Source: Bacteroidales bacterium
GTDB taxonomy: Bacteria; Bacteroidota; Bacteroidia; Bacteroidales; 4484-276
Assembly (NCBI GenBank): GCA_035647615.1
Contig: DASRND010000003.1
Span: forward strand, 3,135 to 67,134
Reading direction: 5' to 3'
DNA: 64,000 nucleotides
Below, in pieces: positions 1 through 10,361 of this stretch. Both the position numbers and the translations under genes were made by a program. The notes below the pieces were generated by a model. The model searched no databases. It worked only from the letters and a program-made list of their open reading frames with translations, and was not told where the DNA came from. Within the stretch, counting starts at the first letter, position 1. The number at the start of each line of letters is the position of its first letter.

Positions 1-644
1 ATCAACATGCGATAAGCGTTAGTGTTGAGCGGTGTAAACTGGTCGGACCACGGCGGGATATGCGCAATCACAAACACATGATCGTATTGAACGTTGCTAA
101 ACAGCTCCTCTTTAAGCCAAAAATAATCAGGTTCGGCATTGTTGAGCTCCCAAATAATATTGTTGAAAAAGATGAATTTGCAATTTTTAAAAACAAAACT
201 GTAGTTCTCCGGCCCGAACATATCGTTATAGATAAGCCTTCCATTGGCCAGACAGTCGTGATTGCCAATAACGGTAAAGTAAGGCATCTTCAGGTCGTGC
301 ATTAGCTTGTGAAAAATGTTGTACTCGGCTATCATGCCGCCATCTGTCAAATCGCCGCCATGAAGCACCAGGTCGATATCCTGGTCACTTTCTATTTGTT
401 CTACAACCTCCGCGAGGCCGTTGTAATAAGTATGGCTATCGGCAATCAGTCCTATTTTAAAAGTGTCTTCAGCCGCTATCTGTTGCTCAATCAGGCGCAG
501 CTTCTCAAGGTTTTTGCTGTGGGTATTGAGCCGTTCGTGGCGCACGTTCGACGAATAGGGCGTGTATTCAAACAGCCGCTCGCAGGCTGTCGTTGCCAGC
601 AGAAGCGTAAGAGCGGTTATCAACAGTATCATGATTTTTTTCAT
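1..644 (-). CDS. calcineurin-like metallophosphoesterase (3' end runs off the window start)
   Basis: My own translation of the minus strand from ATG 644-642 gives MKKIMILLITALTLLLATTACERLFEY...IGLIADSHTYY...DLVLHGGDLTDGG...FTVIGNHDCLANG. It has a signal-peptide-like N-terminus plus D-x-H, GD-x-x-D and GNHD phosphoesterase motifs. It is absent from the ORF track because there is no stop inside the window. Confidence 0.8.
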   Translation of the reverse strand, partial: MKKIMILLITALTLLLATTACERLFEYTPYSSNVRHERLNTHSKNLEKLRLIEQQIAAEDTFKIGLIADSHTYYNGLAEVVEQIESDQDIDLVLHGGDLTDGGMIAEYNIFHKLMHDLKMPYFTVIGNHDCLANGRLIYNDMFGPENYSFVFKNCKFIFFNNIIWELNNAEPDYFWLKEELFSNVQYDHVFVIAHIPPWSDQFTPLNTNAYRML

Positions 645-751
645 CTTAAAAAACTTAGATTTGTAAAAATTATTCAATGGAATTTGCCGCGGGGATCGAT
701 CGCTTGTCACGGCTAATTTCATGGTGTCAAAAATAGAAATGTCTAAAGTTT

Positions 752-1273
752 TTACAAATATACCACCATCTCCGAAAAGTCATTTCTGATTTTTTGTTTC
801 CCCAGTCCCACTTCTTTTGCAGGATAGCCCAATGGCGTAAAAGCAAAAATGATCTCTTCAGATTTGAACAAGCCTGATTGTTTGAGCTTTTCAGGGTCGA
901 AATTAGAAATCCAGCAGGTGCCGATACCTTCTGCTGTGGCAGCCAGAATCATGTGATCCATGGCGATGGTAAGATCAGTCTCGAGCGAGTTGTAGCCGTC
1001 GGCTTTGCGCGTCCAGGCTGCGGTGCGCTGCCCTGCCGCCAGCAGTATGTGTGGCGCATCGTACAACCACACGCCGCTGTAACATTGGTGCATCAGCTTT
1101 AGGTTTTCGGGCTCGGAAATCAGGTAAAATTTCCACGGTTGCCGGTTGCATGCCGAAGGAGCCAGATGACCCGCTTCGAGAATGCGGTACAGCTTTTCAG
1201 TTTCTACCGGACGCGTATCATAGCTGCGGATGCTTTCGCGCTGCCGGATGAGTTGTTGGAAGTTCATATTCAT
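752..1273 (-). CDS. nitroreductase family protein
   Basis: 173-aa ORF. N-terminal R-x-S-x-R-x-Y (RQRESIRSYD) and PSACNRQPW motifs are typical of FMN nitroreductases. Confidence 0.8.
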   Translation of the reverse strand: MNMNFQQLIRQRESIRSYDTRPVETEKLYRILEAGHLAPSACNRQPWKFYLISEPENLKLMHQCYSGVWLYDAPHILLAAGQRTAAWTRKADGYNSLETDLTIAMDHMILAATAEGIGTCWISNFDPEKLKQSGLFKSEEIIFAFTPLGYPAKEVGLGKQKIRNDFSEMVVYL

Positions 1274-1338
1274 AATCGTTATTTTCGGTAAAAATAATAA
1301 AAGCCTACTTTTGCGCTGAATATAAAAAAATTGAAACT

Positions 1339-2364
1339 ATGAAAATTGATTTGCGCAGCGATACCGTAACACGCCCCTCCGAATCCATGCGTGAGGCCAT
1401 GTTTGCCGCACCGGTTGGCGACGATGTTTTTGGGGAAGACCCCTCGGTGAAAGAACTCGAAGAATATGCATCTCAACTTTTTGAAATGGAAGCGGCTCTA
1501 TTTTGTCCGTCGGGCACCATGACCAATCAGCTTGCAATAAAAGTACATACGCAGCCCGGCGACGAGGTGATCTGTGATCATACTGCGCATATCTACATCC
1601 ACGAAGGCGGCGGCATTGCTTTCCATTCGGGCTGCTCAGTGCGCCTGTTGCCCGGCAATCGCGGTCAATTTACAGCGCAGGATGTTATCGATAACATCAA
1701 TAGCATCGACGTACATCATCCTGTAACGAGACTCGTTTCGATCGAAAACACCTGCAACAAAGGGGGAGGAAGTATCTGGGATTTTGATGAGATCATCCGC
1801 ATCCGCCGGGTATGTACCGAAAATGATTTGAAAATGCACCTCGACGGCGCACGAATTTTCAACGCCTTGGCAGCCACCGGCGACGATCCCGCTCAATTTG
1901 GCCGGGCATTCGATTCCATCTCGGTTTGTCTGTCGAAAGGGCTGGGCGCTCCCGTTGGCTCCTTGCTAATGGGCGACAGCGATTTCATCCGGCAGGCACG
2001 TCGCTTCCGGCGTATGATGGGTGGCGGAATGCGCCAGGCCGGCTATCTTGCCGCAGCTGGCAGTTATGCCCTGAAAAATAACATCAACCGCCTCAAGGAC
2101 GACCATAACAGAGCGACGACTTTGGGCGCAGTTGTGCAAGAACTTCCATTCATTGAGGAGGTACTGCCGGTAGAAACCAACATTGTGCTTTTCCGTCTTA
2201 ACGAAGCTATGCCGGCAGAAATGTTTATCAAAATGCTGGCAGAAAAAGAGCTGCTGGTAGTACCTTTCGGCAAACAGTACATCCGCATGGTCACTCATCT
2301 CGACTTCAACGACGACCATCTGGAGGAAGCTTGCTCGCTGCTGCGAAAAACAAAAGGTAGATAG
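1339..2364 (+). CDS. ltaE: low-specificity L-threonine aldolase
   Basis: 341 aa. The opening [21 protein letters not shown]...[11 protein letters not shown]...[11 protein letters not shown] is the characteristic threonine aldolase / beta-eliminating lyase N-terminus. Confidence 0.85.
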   Translation: MKIDLRSDTVTRPSESMREAMFAAPVGDDVFGEDPSVKELEEYASQLFEMEAALFCPSGTMTNQLAIKVHTQPGDEVICDHTAHIYIHEGGGIAFHSGCSVRLLPGNRGQFTAQDVIDNINSIDVHHPVTRLVSIENTCNKGGGSIWDFDEIIRIRRVCTENDLKMHLDGARIFNALAATGDDPAQFGRAFDSISVCLSKGLGAPVGSLLMGDSDFIRQARRFRRMMGGGMRQAGYLAAAGSYALKNNINRLKDDHNRATTLGAVVQELPFIEEVLPVETNIVLFRLNEAMPAEMFIKMLAEKELLVVPFGKQYIRMVTHLDFNDDHLEEACSLLRKTKGR

Positions 2365-2653
2365 TAGAAAGTATCTTTTTGAATATTGAAAACTGCGGAA
2401 CCGCATCCTTTATGCCATAGGCTTTACAGCAACTGTTTCCTACCATAAATCTATGTCTATAAATCTGAGGTACAACAAATAGAAGCTTATCTTGCGATTC
2501 TCCATCTCAAATTTAATTTTATTGTTCCTACTACGAATCTAAAAACCAGTAAAAGAAGTTATTACGCACTATTCTATTCATTAAGATAGGGTTATAAAAG
2601 CACTCATATCATGTTAAAAACCTTTAAGATGATTCAGGTTATAAAAATGATAA

Positions 2654-2661
2654 TATCTTTG
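2654..2661 (+). promoter_or_regulatory. candidate Bacteroidota -7 promoter box (TATCTTTG = TAnnTTTG) upstream of the mltF-like gene
   Basis: Exact match to the TAnnTTTG consensus 27 nt upstream of ATG 2688. No clear -33 TTTG. Confidence 0.3.
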
Positions 2662-2687
2662 CCGCCCAATTTTAAAAGCAACACTAG

Positions 2688-4118
2688 ATGAAACAATGGA
2701 TCATTTTATTGATTGCCTTGACAACCATACTGATACCTCACTCGTGTGACATTGACTCAACTTCTTCTGACACTGACGCCCTTGCTGCTATACAGGATAA
2801 GTCGCTGAGCGACATACTGCAAAGAGGCAAACTCATAGCCACCACCAATTATAATTCGTCCAATTATTTTATCTACCGTGGCGAACCGGCGGGCTATGAA
2901 TACGAGATGCTCGAGGCTTACGCCCAACATCTTGGCGTGGATCTGGAGCTGATTGTTAATGATAGCTACGAAGAAGCACTTGCCGACCTTGAGCGTGGCA
3001 AGGTAGATTTGATTGCCATGGGAATAAAAGTTATTGGTGAACGCACTCGGCAGGTCGACTTCAGCAAACCTTTGCTGCAAACCCGCCAGGTTCTGGTGCA
3101 ACGACTGCCCGCCAACTGGCGGCAGATGCGCACCACTGCCGAAGTGCAGCAGCATCTTATCCGCAACCCGCTCGATCTGGCCGGCAAAATGGTGTACGTA
3201 CCACGCCATTCGGCTTACAGCCTGCGTCTGCACAACCTGCAGGAAGAAATGGGCGACAGTATTATGATCGTGGAGTTTCCGCAGTCGGATGAAAAACTAA
3301 TAGAGATGGTAGCCCGCGGTGAGATAGATTACACCGTGTGCGATGAACATGTGGCCATCGTAAACAAGAAATATTTCCCCGATATCGACGTGGAAACAGC
3401 ACTTAGCTTTCCACAAAATGTGGCCTGGGCAATGAAAAAGCAAGACAATGCCCTACAGCAAAATCTCAACGAATGGCTCGGGACTTTCACCGACAGCCGC
3501 ATAGCACAGCATATTTATAACAAATATTTTGTTAATCCCCGCTCAATGCAATTCGCACACAAATATCACTCGGTGCGCAGCGGACGTATCTCCAAATGGG
3601 ACGACATCCTCAGGCAGAAAAGCAACGAGCTGGGATGGGACTGGCGATTGGTAGCTTCGCTGGTGTTTCAGGAATCGCGGTTTCAGACAGATGCCACTTC
3701 ATGGATGGGCGCGCAGGGACTGATGCAGCTCATGCCCGGCACCGCCCAAATTTATGGCGTCGACAGCCTCTCGTCACCTGTCGAAAATATTATCGCCGGC
3801 ATAAAGTATCTGAAAATGCTCGATAATAGGTTTAAAGATATTGTGCAAGACCCCGACGAGCGTATCAAATTTGTACTCGCCGCATACAATGCCGGTATTG
3901 CCCACGTCTTCGACGCCCGTCGCCTGGCCGAAAAGTATGGCCGCGACCCAAACGTGTGGGCCAACAATGTGGACTATTTTCTGCTCAACAAATCCAACCC
4001 TAAATATTACAACGATGACGTTGTCTTTTACGGCTATTGCCGTGGCGAAGAATCCTTCAATTATGTCAACGACATCCTGCAGCGATTCGAGCATTATCGC
4101 AATGTTATTCCGGGGTAG
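2688..4118 (+). CDS. mltF: membrane-bound lytic murein transglycosylase F-like (SBP family 3 domain + SLT domain)
   Basis: 476 aa. Signal peptide, an N-terminal solute-binding-protein-like half, and a C-terminal SLT catalytic motif (FQESRFQ...GAQGLMQLMPGTA...AYNAG). Confidence 0.8.
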   Translation: MKQWIILLIALTTILIPHSCDIDSTSSDTDALAAIQDKSLSDILQRGKLIATTNYNSSNYFIYRGEPAGYEYEMLEAYAQHLGVDLELIVNDSYEEALADLERGKVDLIAMGIKVIGERTRQVDFSKPLLQTRQVLVQRLPANWRQMRTTAEVQQHLIRNPLDLAGKMVYVPRHSAYSLRLHNLQEEMGDSIMIVEFPQSDEKLIEMVARGEIDYTVCDEHVAIVNKKYFPDIDVETALSFPQNVAWAMKKQDNALQQNLNEWLGTFTDSRIAQHIYNKYFVNPRSMQFAHKYHSVRSGRISKWDDILRQKSNELGWDWRLVASLVFQESRFQTDATSWMGAQGLMQLMPGTAQIYGVDSLSSPVENIIAGIKYLKMLDNRFKDIVQDPDERIKFVLAAYNAGIAHVFDARRLAEKYGRDPNVWANNVDYFLLNKSNPKYYNDDVVFYGYCRGEESFNYVNDILQRFEHYRNVIPG

Positions 4119-4145
4119 TCAGAAAGCAGTCGGCAATCATCACAC

Positions 4146-5540
4146 TTACTTGTGACCAAGCATCTTGCGCGGATCCACCCATTCATCAAATTCCTTGTCC
4201 GTTACCAATCCTGATTCGAGGGCTGCTTCGCGCAAAGTTTTGTTTTCGTTGTGGGCTATCTTGGCAATCTTAGCGGCATTTTCATAGCCAATGTGCGTAT
4301 TGAGCGCCGTGACGAGCATGAGCGAATTTTCCAAATTTTTATTGATGTCAACAAGATTGGGCTCTATGCCCACGGCACAGTTGTCGGTGAACGACACACA
4401 GGCGTCACCCAGCAATCGCGCCGACTGCAGCAGATTGGCTACCATCACGGGTTTAAACACATTGAGTTGAAACTGTCCGTGGGTGCCGGCCACAGCAATG
4501 GTCATGTCGTTGCCAATTACCTGTGCGCACACCATAGTGAGCGCTTCGCTTTGGGTGGGATTGACTTTTCCGGGCATGATGGATGATCCGGGTTCGTTGG
4601 CCGGAAGGATAAGCTCACTGATCCCGCAGCGCGGACCCGAAGCCAACAACCGGATGTTGTTGCCGATGTGCATCAGGCTCACCGAAAGGGTTTTTAAGGC
4701 GCCGGAGGTTTCTACCATTGCATCGTGAGCCGAAAGCGCTTCAAATTTGTTGGGCGCGGTCACAAAAGGGAATCCGCTGATTTCAACAATTTTCTTTGCA
4801 ACCAGCTCAGCATAACCTTTGGGCGTATTCAGTCCGGTGCCTACGGCAGTGCCACCCAGCGCCAATTCGGCAAGATGCGGCAATGTAGCTTCAAGTGAGC
4901 GAATGCCATGATTGAGTTGTGAAACATATCCCGAAAACTCGTTGCCCAGCGTCAGCGGCGTAGCATCCATCAGGTGGGTGCGGCCGGTTTTTACAACATC
5001 TTCAAAATCCTTTGCTTTGGCGGCAAGTGTATCACGCAATTTTTTTATCCCCGGAAGGGTAACGGTGACGATGGCAGTGTAGGCCGCAATGCTCATGGCC
5101 GTGGGGAAAGTATCGTTTGACGACTGCGATTTGTTGACGTCGTCGTTTGGATGGATAAACTTTTGTTTGTCGTCGAGGGTGCCGCCATGCATCACGTGTG
5201 CGCGGTTGGCCACCACTTCGTTTACGTTCATATTGGATTGGGTGCCGGAGCCGGTTTGCCATATCACCAGCGGGAAATTGTCGTCGAGTTGGCCATTGAT
5301 GATTTCGTCGCAGGCGCGGCCGATGAGCTTTTGTTTTTCTTCAGGCAAAACGCCCAGCTCATAGTTGGCCATAGCGGCGGCCTTTTTCAGGATGCCAAAG
5401 GCTGTGATGATTTCTTTGGGCATAGAGCCGGGCTGCCCGATTTTAAAGTTTTCTTTAGATCGCTGTGTCTGCGCGCCCCAGTATTTGTCGGCAGGAACTT
5501 CTACCGTTCCCATAGTGTCGTGTTCGGTTCTTGTTTTCAT
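4146..5540 (-). CDS. fumC: class II fumarate hydratase
   Basis: 464 aa. Fumarate lyase signature [16 protein letters not shown]. Full-length match to the FumC pattern ([11 protein letters not shown]...). Confidence 0.95.
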   Translation of the reverse strand: MKTRTEHDTMGTVEVPADKYWGAQTQRSKENFKIGQPGSMPKEIITAFGILKKAAAMANYELGVLPEEKQKLIGRACDEIINGQLDDNFPLVIWQTGSGTQSNMNVNEVVANRAHVMHGGTLDDKQKFIHPNDDVNKSQSSNDTFPTAMSIAAYTAIVTVTLPGIKKLRDTLAAKAKDFEDVVKTGRTHLMDATPLTLGNEFSGYVSQLNHGIRSLEATLPHLAELALGGTAVGTGLNTPKGYAELVAKKIVEISGFPFVTAPNKFEALSAHDAMVETSGALKTLSVSLMHIGNNIRLLASGPRCGISELILPANEPGSSIMPGKVNPTQSEALTMVCAQVIGNDMTIAVAGTHGQFQLNVFKPVMVANLLQSARLLGDACVSFTDNCAVGIEPNLVDINKNLENSLMLVTALNTHIGYENAAKIAKIAHNENKTLREAALESGLVTDKEFDEWVDPRKMLGHK

Positions 5541-5551
5541 CTGAACTATTT

Positions 5552-7057
5552 TTATTTGTCTAAAATAATCAATTTCTGGTCTTCTCTAATTTTTCTGTCT
5601 TCCATTTTTATACCCATAGCCTGCGCTATTTTTTTGGGCACATCTGTATTGTCGTAAACCCCGCTAAAAGATTCCGCGCCAGCGCCAATAGCATACACCG
5701 GTACCGGCAATCCTGTATGCGACCACGTGGTCCATCCCAGACCGGCTTTGTTGTTGAGGATACGCGTGGCGGTAGCTGCCAAGGCATTCTCATAGCTATA
5801 GCGTAACCGCATCTCATCTTCGTCTTCAAATTTCAACTGTTTGGTGGTTACCAGATAGGCATCCTGCAAAAGTTTGTTTTCACGATCTGTCAACAGAATA
5901 CCATCCACAGTTCCAAGTTTATAATATTTGTACACCAGCGCCATAGCGGTATCGGGGTGGTTGTGTCCTTCGATGGCAAATGTGGAATCTGCTATTTTGG
6001 CAAAACGATCCATAGATACTTTTTGTGCTGTGAGCATCTGCAGATAGCTTTCGTAATGTGTGAGGGCGTACCCGAGGGCGAGACCACCAGTTTCGTGGTC
6101 GGCGGTTACGATGATGAGTGTTTCGTCAGGATGCTTCTGATAAAATTTCAATGCCGGTTCGATGGCATGTGCCAGCGCCTCTATATTGTAGGCCATAGCC
6201 ACGGCGTCGTTGGAATGGCAAGCCCAGTCGATCTTGCCTTCTTCGCACATGATAAAAAAGCCTCTTTCGTTGTCGAGCATCTGAATAGCTTTTTCGACAT
6301 ATGCTGACAACGGTATGTCGTCAGCAGTTTGATCCATAGCATAGGGCATGGCTCCCGAAGATTCGAGACGCGGCGCTACTGCCAGCGCTTTGCCTACGGC
6401 CGGTGATAATGTGTCGAATTGTTCGCGGGTACGGGTGATGGTGTAGCCGGCTTTTTGCGCAAGCTCCCAGGAGCTAGGACTTTTCTTACCGCCGCCATCG
6501 GGTTTGGCAAATCCGCCGCCGCCAAAGAAGTCGAAGTTGCTGGCGGCCAGGTCTTGTGATATTTCATAATAATCGTTGCGGTCGGGACGATGGGCATAAA
6601 ACACTGCCGGTGTGGCATGGTCGATGCTCACGCTGCTGATAATTCCCACCTTTTTGCCGCGCGCTTTTGCGTAATAGGCTATCGAGTTGAGCGGCTCAGT
6701 GTTGTCGCCATTCATGCCAATACGATTGATATTGGTTTTGTGTCCGGAAGCCAACGCTGTTCCTGCGGCAGCCGACCCGGTGACGAGGCGGTTGGCAGCG
6801 TGTGTGGTGATAAGCCCCGTTACAGGAAACTCGCTGAAGTTGAGATGTTCAAAGCCGTCCTTGTTGTGTCGGGCAGCCAGCATAGCTTCAGTTGCAGCTA
6901 CCTGCGCCAGACCCATGCCGTCGCCGATAAAATAAAAAACATACTTTGCCCGCTGTGCCTCCGCTTGATTTGTCCGCTGCGCCTCCGCCTGAAATGACAA
7001 CAGAAAAAGAAGGACAATCAGAAATAAATGCTTTTGAATGATACTGAAAAGTTTCAT
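5552..7057 (-). CDS. alkaline phosphatase family protein (secreted)
   Basis: 501 aa. Signal peptide, metal-ligand motif FIGDGMG, nucleophile region [13 protein letters not shown], and TADHETGG. Confidence 0.85.
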   Translation of the reverse strand: MKLFSIIQKHLFLIVLLFLLSFQAEAQRTNQAEAQRAKYVFYFIGDGMGLAQVAATEAMLAARHNKDGFEHLNFSEFPVTGLITTHAANRLVTGSAAAGTALASGHKTNINRIGMNGDNTEPLNSIAYYAKARGKKVGIISSVSIDHATPAVFYAHRPDRNDYYEISQDLAASNFDFFGGGGFAKPDGGGKKSPSSWELAQKAGYTITRTREQFDTLSPAVGKALAVAPRLESSGAMPYAMDQTADDIPLSAYVEKAIQMLDNERGFFIMCEEGKIDWACHSNDAVAMAYNIEALAHAIEPALKFYQKHPDETLIIVTADHETGGLALGYALTHYESYLQMLTAQKVSMDRFAKIADSTFAIEGHNHPDTAMALVYKYYKLGTVDGILLTDRENKLLQDAYLVTTKQLKFEDEDEMRLRYSYENALAATATRILNNKAGLGWTTWSHTGLPVPVYAIGAGAESFSGVYDNTDVPKKIAQAMGIKMEDRKIREDQKLIILDK

Positions 7058-7210
7058 AGTCTAAATAGGATTTTACGTGAGTTGATGTTAATAGTAATTT
7101 GTAATGATCATACACATTATGGCAAAAATAGCCAGTTTTTGGATTCCTGCGTAAAATGGCTCTACTTTATCATTTTCAAAACAAGCTATTTTTGCTCATC
7201 GTTTGTTGTT

Positions 7211-7262
7211 CCCTTCGGCAAGCTGGCTTCGACAAGCTCAGCCACCGCAACCGACACAGGGC
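7211..7262. repeat. intergenic 14-nt tandem (CCCTTCGGCAAGCT / GGCTTCGACAAGCT) plus flanking heptamer-phased sequence
   Basis: Direct reading. The core CTTCGACAAGCTCAG (7227-7241) is the exact reverse complement of 14308-14322. Confidence 0.7.
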
Positions 7263-7418
7263 AGACTGTTGTTTTTTGTTGTTGAATAAAGGAATGTGAT
7301 AAATGAAGAATCCAGGTTTATTTTTAATCATCAAAAATGTGATCTTAAAAGGTAAATACAACGACATAAGTAACTGCTGAAACCAACGTTCATTACAATG
7401 AAACAAAGATTTTAAACT

Positions 7419-8684
7419 ATGACAACACCACACGATACAATAGAGATCATGGCGCCGGTAGGTTCGTACGAATCGCTGATGGCTGCCATTCAGGGAGGCG
7501 CTGACTCGGTCTATTTTGGCGTGGGCAAACTCAACATGCGCTCACGCTCTTCCAAAAACTTTACGCTCGACGACCTGGCCAGGATTTCCGAAATATGCCG
7601 CAAGCACGGCAAACGATCGTACATCACGCTTAACACCATTATTTACGACGACGAAATCGATGAAATGCAAACAATAGTGGATGCTGCCAAAGCAAACGGC
7701 ATCAGCGCCATCATTGCTTCTGATATGGCTGTGATCGACTATGCCCGCTCCCAGCAGGTGGAGGTACACATGTCAACCCAAACCAACATCACCAATTTGA
7801 GGGCAGTGCGCTTCTATGCGCAGTTTGCCGATGTAATGGTGACGGCGCGTGAGCTTTCGCTGGAGCAAGTCGGCGCCATCACCCGCGCCATCAAAGAACA
7901 AAACATCACCGGGCCATCCGGCAATTTGGTGCAGATTGAAGTATTTGCCCACGGCGCTTTGTGCATGGCCGTTTCGGGCAAATGCTACCTGAGCCTCGAC
8001 AATATGAATTCCTCGGCCAACCGGGGCGCCTGCCTGCAGGTGTGCCGCCGTGGCTACAAAGTTACTGACCTCGACAATGAAATAGAGCTGGCCATCGACA
8101 ACGAATATATCATGTCGCCCAAAGACCTGAAGACGGTGGATTTTCTGGATAAGATACTGGCCGCCGGCGTGCGGGTTCTCAAAATCGAAGGGCGTGGCCG
8201 CCAGGGCGATTACGTGAAAGTGGTGAGCCGTGTATATCGCGAAGCTGCCGATGCCGTGCTGCAAGGCCATTACACCGCCGAAAATATCGAACGCTGGAAC
8301 CGCGAGTTGGCCACGGTTTACAACCGCGGTTTCTGGGATGGCTATTATCTGGGACGCAAAACCGGCGAATGGACCGAGAGCTATGGCTCGATGGCCACAC
8401 GCCGCAAAGAATACGTGGGAAAAGTTACCAATTATTTTTCTAAAATCGGTGTGGCCGAAATAAAGATGGAGACGAAGCAGCTTGCCATGGGCGACGATAT
8501 TCAAATCACCGGACCTACCACCGGCGTTTACGAAGGCACCGTTGGCGAAATACGTGTGGACGAAAAGCCTGTGGAGATTACCGTGAAAGGCGACATGGCT
8601 TCGATCCCCGTAAAAGAAACTGTGCGACGCATGGACAAAGTTTTCAGGATGTTTGATGATAACCCCGAAAGTGCCGACCAATGA
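7419..8684 (+). CDS. peptidase U32 family protein
   Basis: 421 aa. The N-terminus IEIMAPVGSYESLMAAIQGGADSVYFG and the internal E-x-F-x-HGA-x-C pattern are typical of U32 (PrtC/YhbU-like) proteins. Confidence 0.85.
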   Translation: MTTPHDTIEIMAPVGSYESLMAAIQGGADSVYFGVGKLNMRSRSSKNFTLDDLARISEICRKHGKRSYITLNTIIYDDEIDEMQTIVDAAKANGISAIIASDMAVIDYARSQQVEVHMSTQTNITNLRAVRFYAQFADVMVTARELSLEQVGAITRAIKEQNITGPSGNLVQIEVFAHGALCMAVSGKCYLSLDNMNSSANRGACLQVCRRGYKVTDLDNEIELAIDNEYIMSPKDLKTVDFLDKILAAGVRVLKIEGRGRQGDYVKVVSRVYREAADAVLQGHYTAENIERWNRELATVYNRGFWDGYYLGRKTGEWTESYGSMATRRKEYVGKVTNYFSKIGVAEIKMETKQLAMGDDIQITGPTTGVYEGTVGEIRVDEKPVEITVKGDMASIPVKETVRRMDKVFRMFDDNPESADQ

Positions 8685-8929
8685 ACGCACACTATTCAGA
8701 CGGTTTAACTTCAAATCCTAAAACACAGAAAACAAGGTTTGATGTTTGCGTCCCCCCGCATCAAGAGGGCCACGATATCTATTTCACCCAGCTTACCTAC
8801 GACAGCATAGCCGGAGAGTACGACCCCTACCCCGATATTATGATAGGCCGCTGCAGCGTGGATGATACCGAGCAGGTGCAAAATGTGGTGCGTAAAATAT
8901 TGGATTCAATAATTTTAATCTTAACATAA
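8681..8929 (+). pseudogene. internal fragment of a peptidase C25 (gingipain-like) gene
   Basis: The frame is open only from 8663. HDIYFTQLTYDSIAGEYDPYPDIMIGRCSVDDTEQVQNVVRKILD matches the C25 pattern (DxYY..L.G...D..PD..vGR.sv.t..e...vv.Ki). No N-terminus or catalytic region is present. Similarity ends at ~8906, where base composition switches to AT-rich. Confidence 0.55.
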
Positions 8930-8942
8930 AAACTCAATTATT

Positions 8943-10349
8943 ATGAAAAAAACAATTTTATTAATCGTATTCTTTCACTTTACAATTGGTTCAATTGCGC
9001 AAACCATTACAAGAGGACCAGACATAGGTGAAATTTACTTTTTTGGTTTTACCGTAACACAAGGAGATGACGGAATCTATCATTCAACTGATTTTGGTAA
9101 TAGCGCATCTTGCATGGACAGTATTTCACAATTATCAAATAATATAGTGTCTATTACTGCTGACAAAGCTGTTGGTGGTCTATATTTTGTTACAATGGGT
9201 GAAGCATTGTACTACTCCGACAGTTATGGTCAATATGGGAGTTGGGAATTTAAACATTCAGGTATCAATAAATACATAAATGCTGGTCGCATTGTTGGGG
9301 AAGTATATAAATCTTTTATTTCTCATAGTGAAAATTATGGTTCAAATTTCACTTCACATACTTGCAATGGGTATTTTGGCACATTAAAAGATGTTGATAT
9401 TGACTTAAATAATGACATTGGGTATTGCATATCTAAAAAATATAATGTAAACGATACGTTATATTTTTTCAACTCATTTAACAATTTTGATGACATAGAA
9501 ATGATCAAAAAATTTGATTTTCATGGTTTAGATTTTATTGACATCACGAGGGAAAATAATGAAGGCAATATTTTTTTGTGTAACCAAAATTCTAAGAAAA
9601 TTCTATTTAGTTCAAATTACGGAGTTGATTGGAAATTAAAAAATCAGTTAACATGCCCTAATTTACCAATTATTGGAATAACAGGTGGACGCCAAAATGG
9701 TGAGCTTTATTTACACGTGGTTTATGCACAATTGATGGGGCAACGACGACATATCTACATTTATCACAGCTTAGATTATGGAGAAACATATACTGTTTAT
9801 CATCCTGTCTCTATTGGCCCTGATCCAATTTTTGCGGATTTTATTGCTGAAGACACCTTGGTAGAACCAGGTGATACATTACAGTTCACAGATTTATCCA
9901 ATGATGCTGAAACATGGGAATGGGATTTTGACAATGATGGCACAATTGATTCGTATGAGCAGAATCCTACACATATCTACCAGGATACAGGATATTATAC
10001 TGTTAAACTTTCAATCACAGGAGAAGCGATTCAGGATTATGGGATCAGGTATGATTATATACATGTTGATAATATCACCAGTATTGAAATATTTCATAAA
10101 CATGATACAGATTTTATAATCTTCCCGATTCCCGCAAAAGACGTGATAAATGTTAATTTATACTTTGAAGCAACCAAAATACAACTTCTCGATTTAACTG
10201 GAAGATTGGTAAAAAACTTTAACACAAATCCAATTATTAAAAATTCATTAATTGAGTTATCTGTTACTGACATTCCTTCAGGAGTTTATTTGCTGAAAGC
10301 TAAATCACCAGAAAATACGATTACAAAAAAGATATTGATAAACAAATAA
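8943..10349 (+). CDS. secreted BNR/Asp-box repeat + PKD domain protein with T9SS type-A C-terminal sorting domain
   Basis: 468 aa. Signal peptide. Degenerate Asp-boxes (HSTDFGNS, YSDSYGQYGSW, HSENYGSNF, SSNYGVDW, HSLDYGETY). PKD signature (FTDLSNDAETWEWDFDNDGTIDSYEQNPTHIYQDTGYYTVKLSI). CTD-like tail (IFPIPAKDVINVNL...GVYLLKAKS...KKILINK). The gene is visibly AT-rich relative to its flanks. Confidence 0.75.
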   Translation: MKKTILLIVFFHFTIGSIAQTITRGPDIGEIYFFGFTVTQGDDGIYHSTDFGNSASCMDSISQLSNNIVSITADKAVGGLYFVTMGEALYYSDSYGQYGSWEFKHSGINKYINAGRIVGEVYKSFISHSENYGSNFTSHTCNGYFGTLKDVDIDLNNDIGYCISKKYNVNDTLYFFNSFNNFDDIEMIKKFDFHGLDFIDITRENNEGNIFLCNQNSKKILFSSNYGVDWKLKNQLTCPNLPIIGITGGRQNGELYLHVVYAQLMGQRRHIYIYHSLDYGETYTVYHPVSIGPDPIFADFIAEDTLVEPGDTLQFTDLSNDAETWEWDFDNDGTIDSYEQNPTHIYQDTGYYTVKLSITGEAIQDYGIRYDYIHVDNITSIEIFHKHDTDFIIFPIPAKDVINVNLYFEATKIQLLDLTGRLVKNFNTNPIIKNSLIELSVTDIPSGVYLLKAKSPENTITKKILINK

Positions 10350-10361
10350 AATGAAAATACC

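Noticed and set aside
2365-2687. I scanned the AT-rich 320-nt spacer after ltaE, and the other long spacers (27762-28003, 36481-36644), for tRNA, riboswitch or small RNA features.
   Set aside because: I found no cloverleaf-compatible stems, no conserved riboswitch cores that I recognise, and no strong hairpin plus T-run combination. Only a weak hairpin (CTGCGG AA CCGCAT) follows ltaE.
7773-8714. Long antisense ORFs opposite well-supported genes. Examples: 7773-8714 vs U32 peptidase, 21649-22554 vs mdh, 14582-15412 vs trxB, 19493-20242 vs prfB, 25696-26376 vs the Omp85-like gene, 30529-31161 vs bamA, 10483-11028 vs histidinol phosphatase, 42423-42989 vs the MORN gene, and 309-716 vs the phosphoesterase.
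   Set aside because: Each lies entirely within a gene that has strong family motifs on the other strand. Their translations are low-complexity and rich in His, Gly and Phe, with no recognisable motifs. This is the typical shadow-ORF artefact of biased third-position composition.
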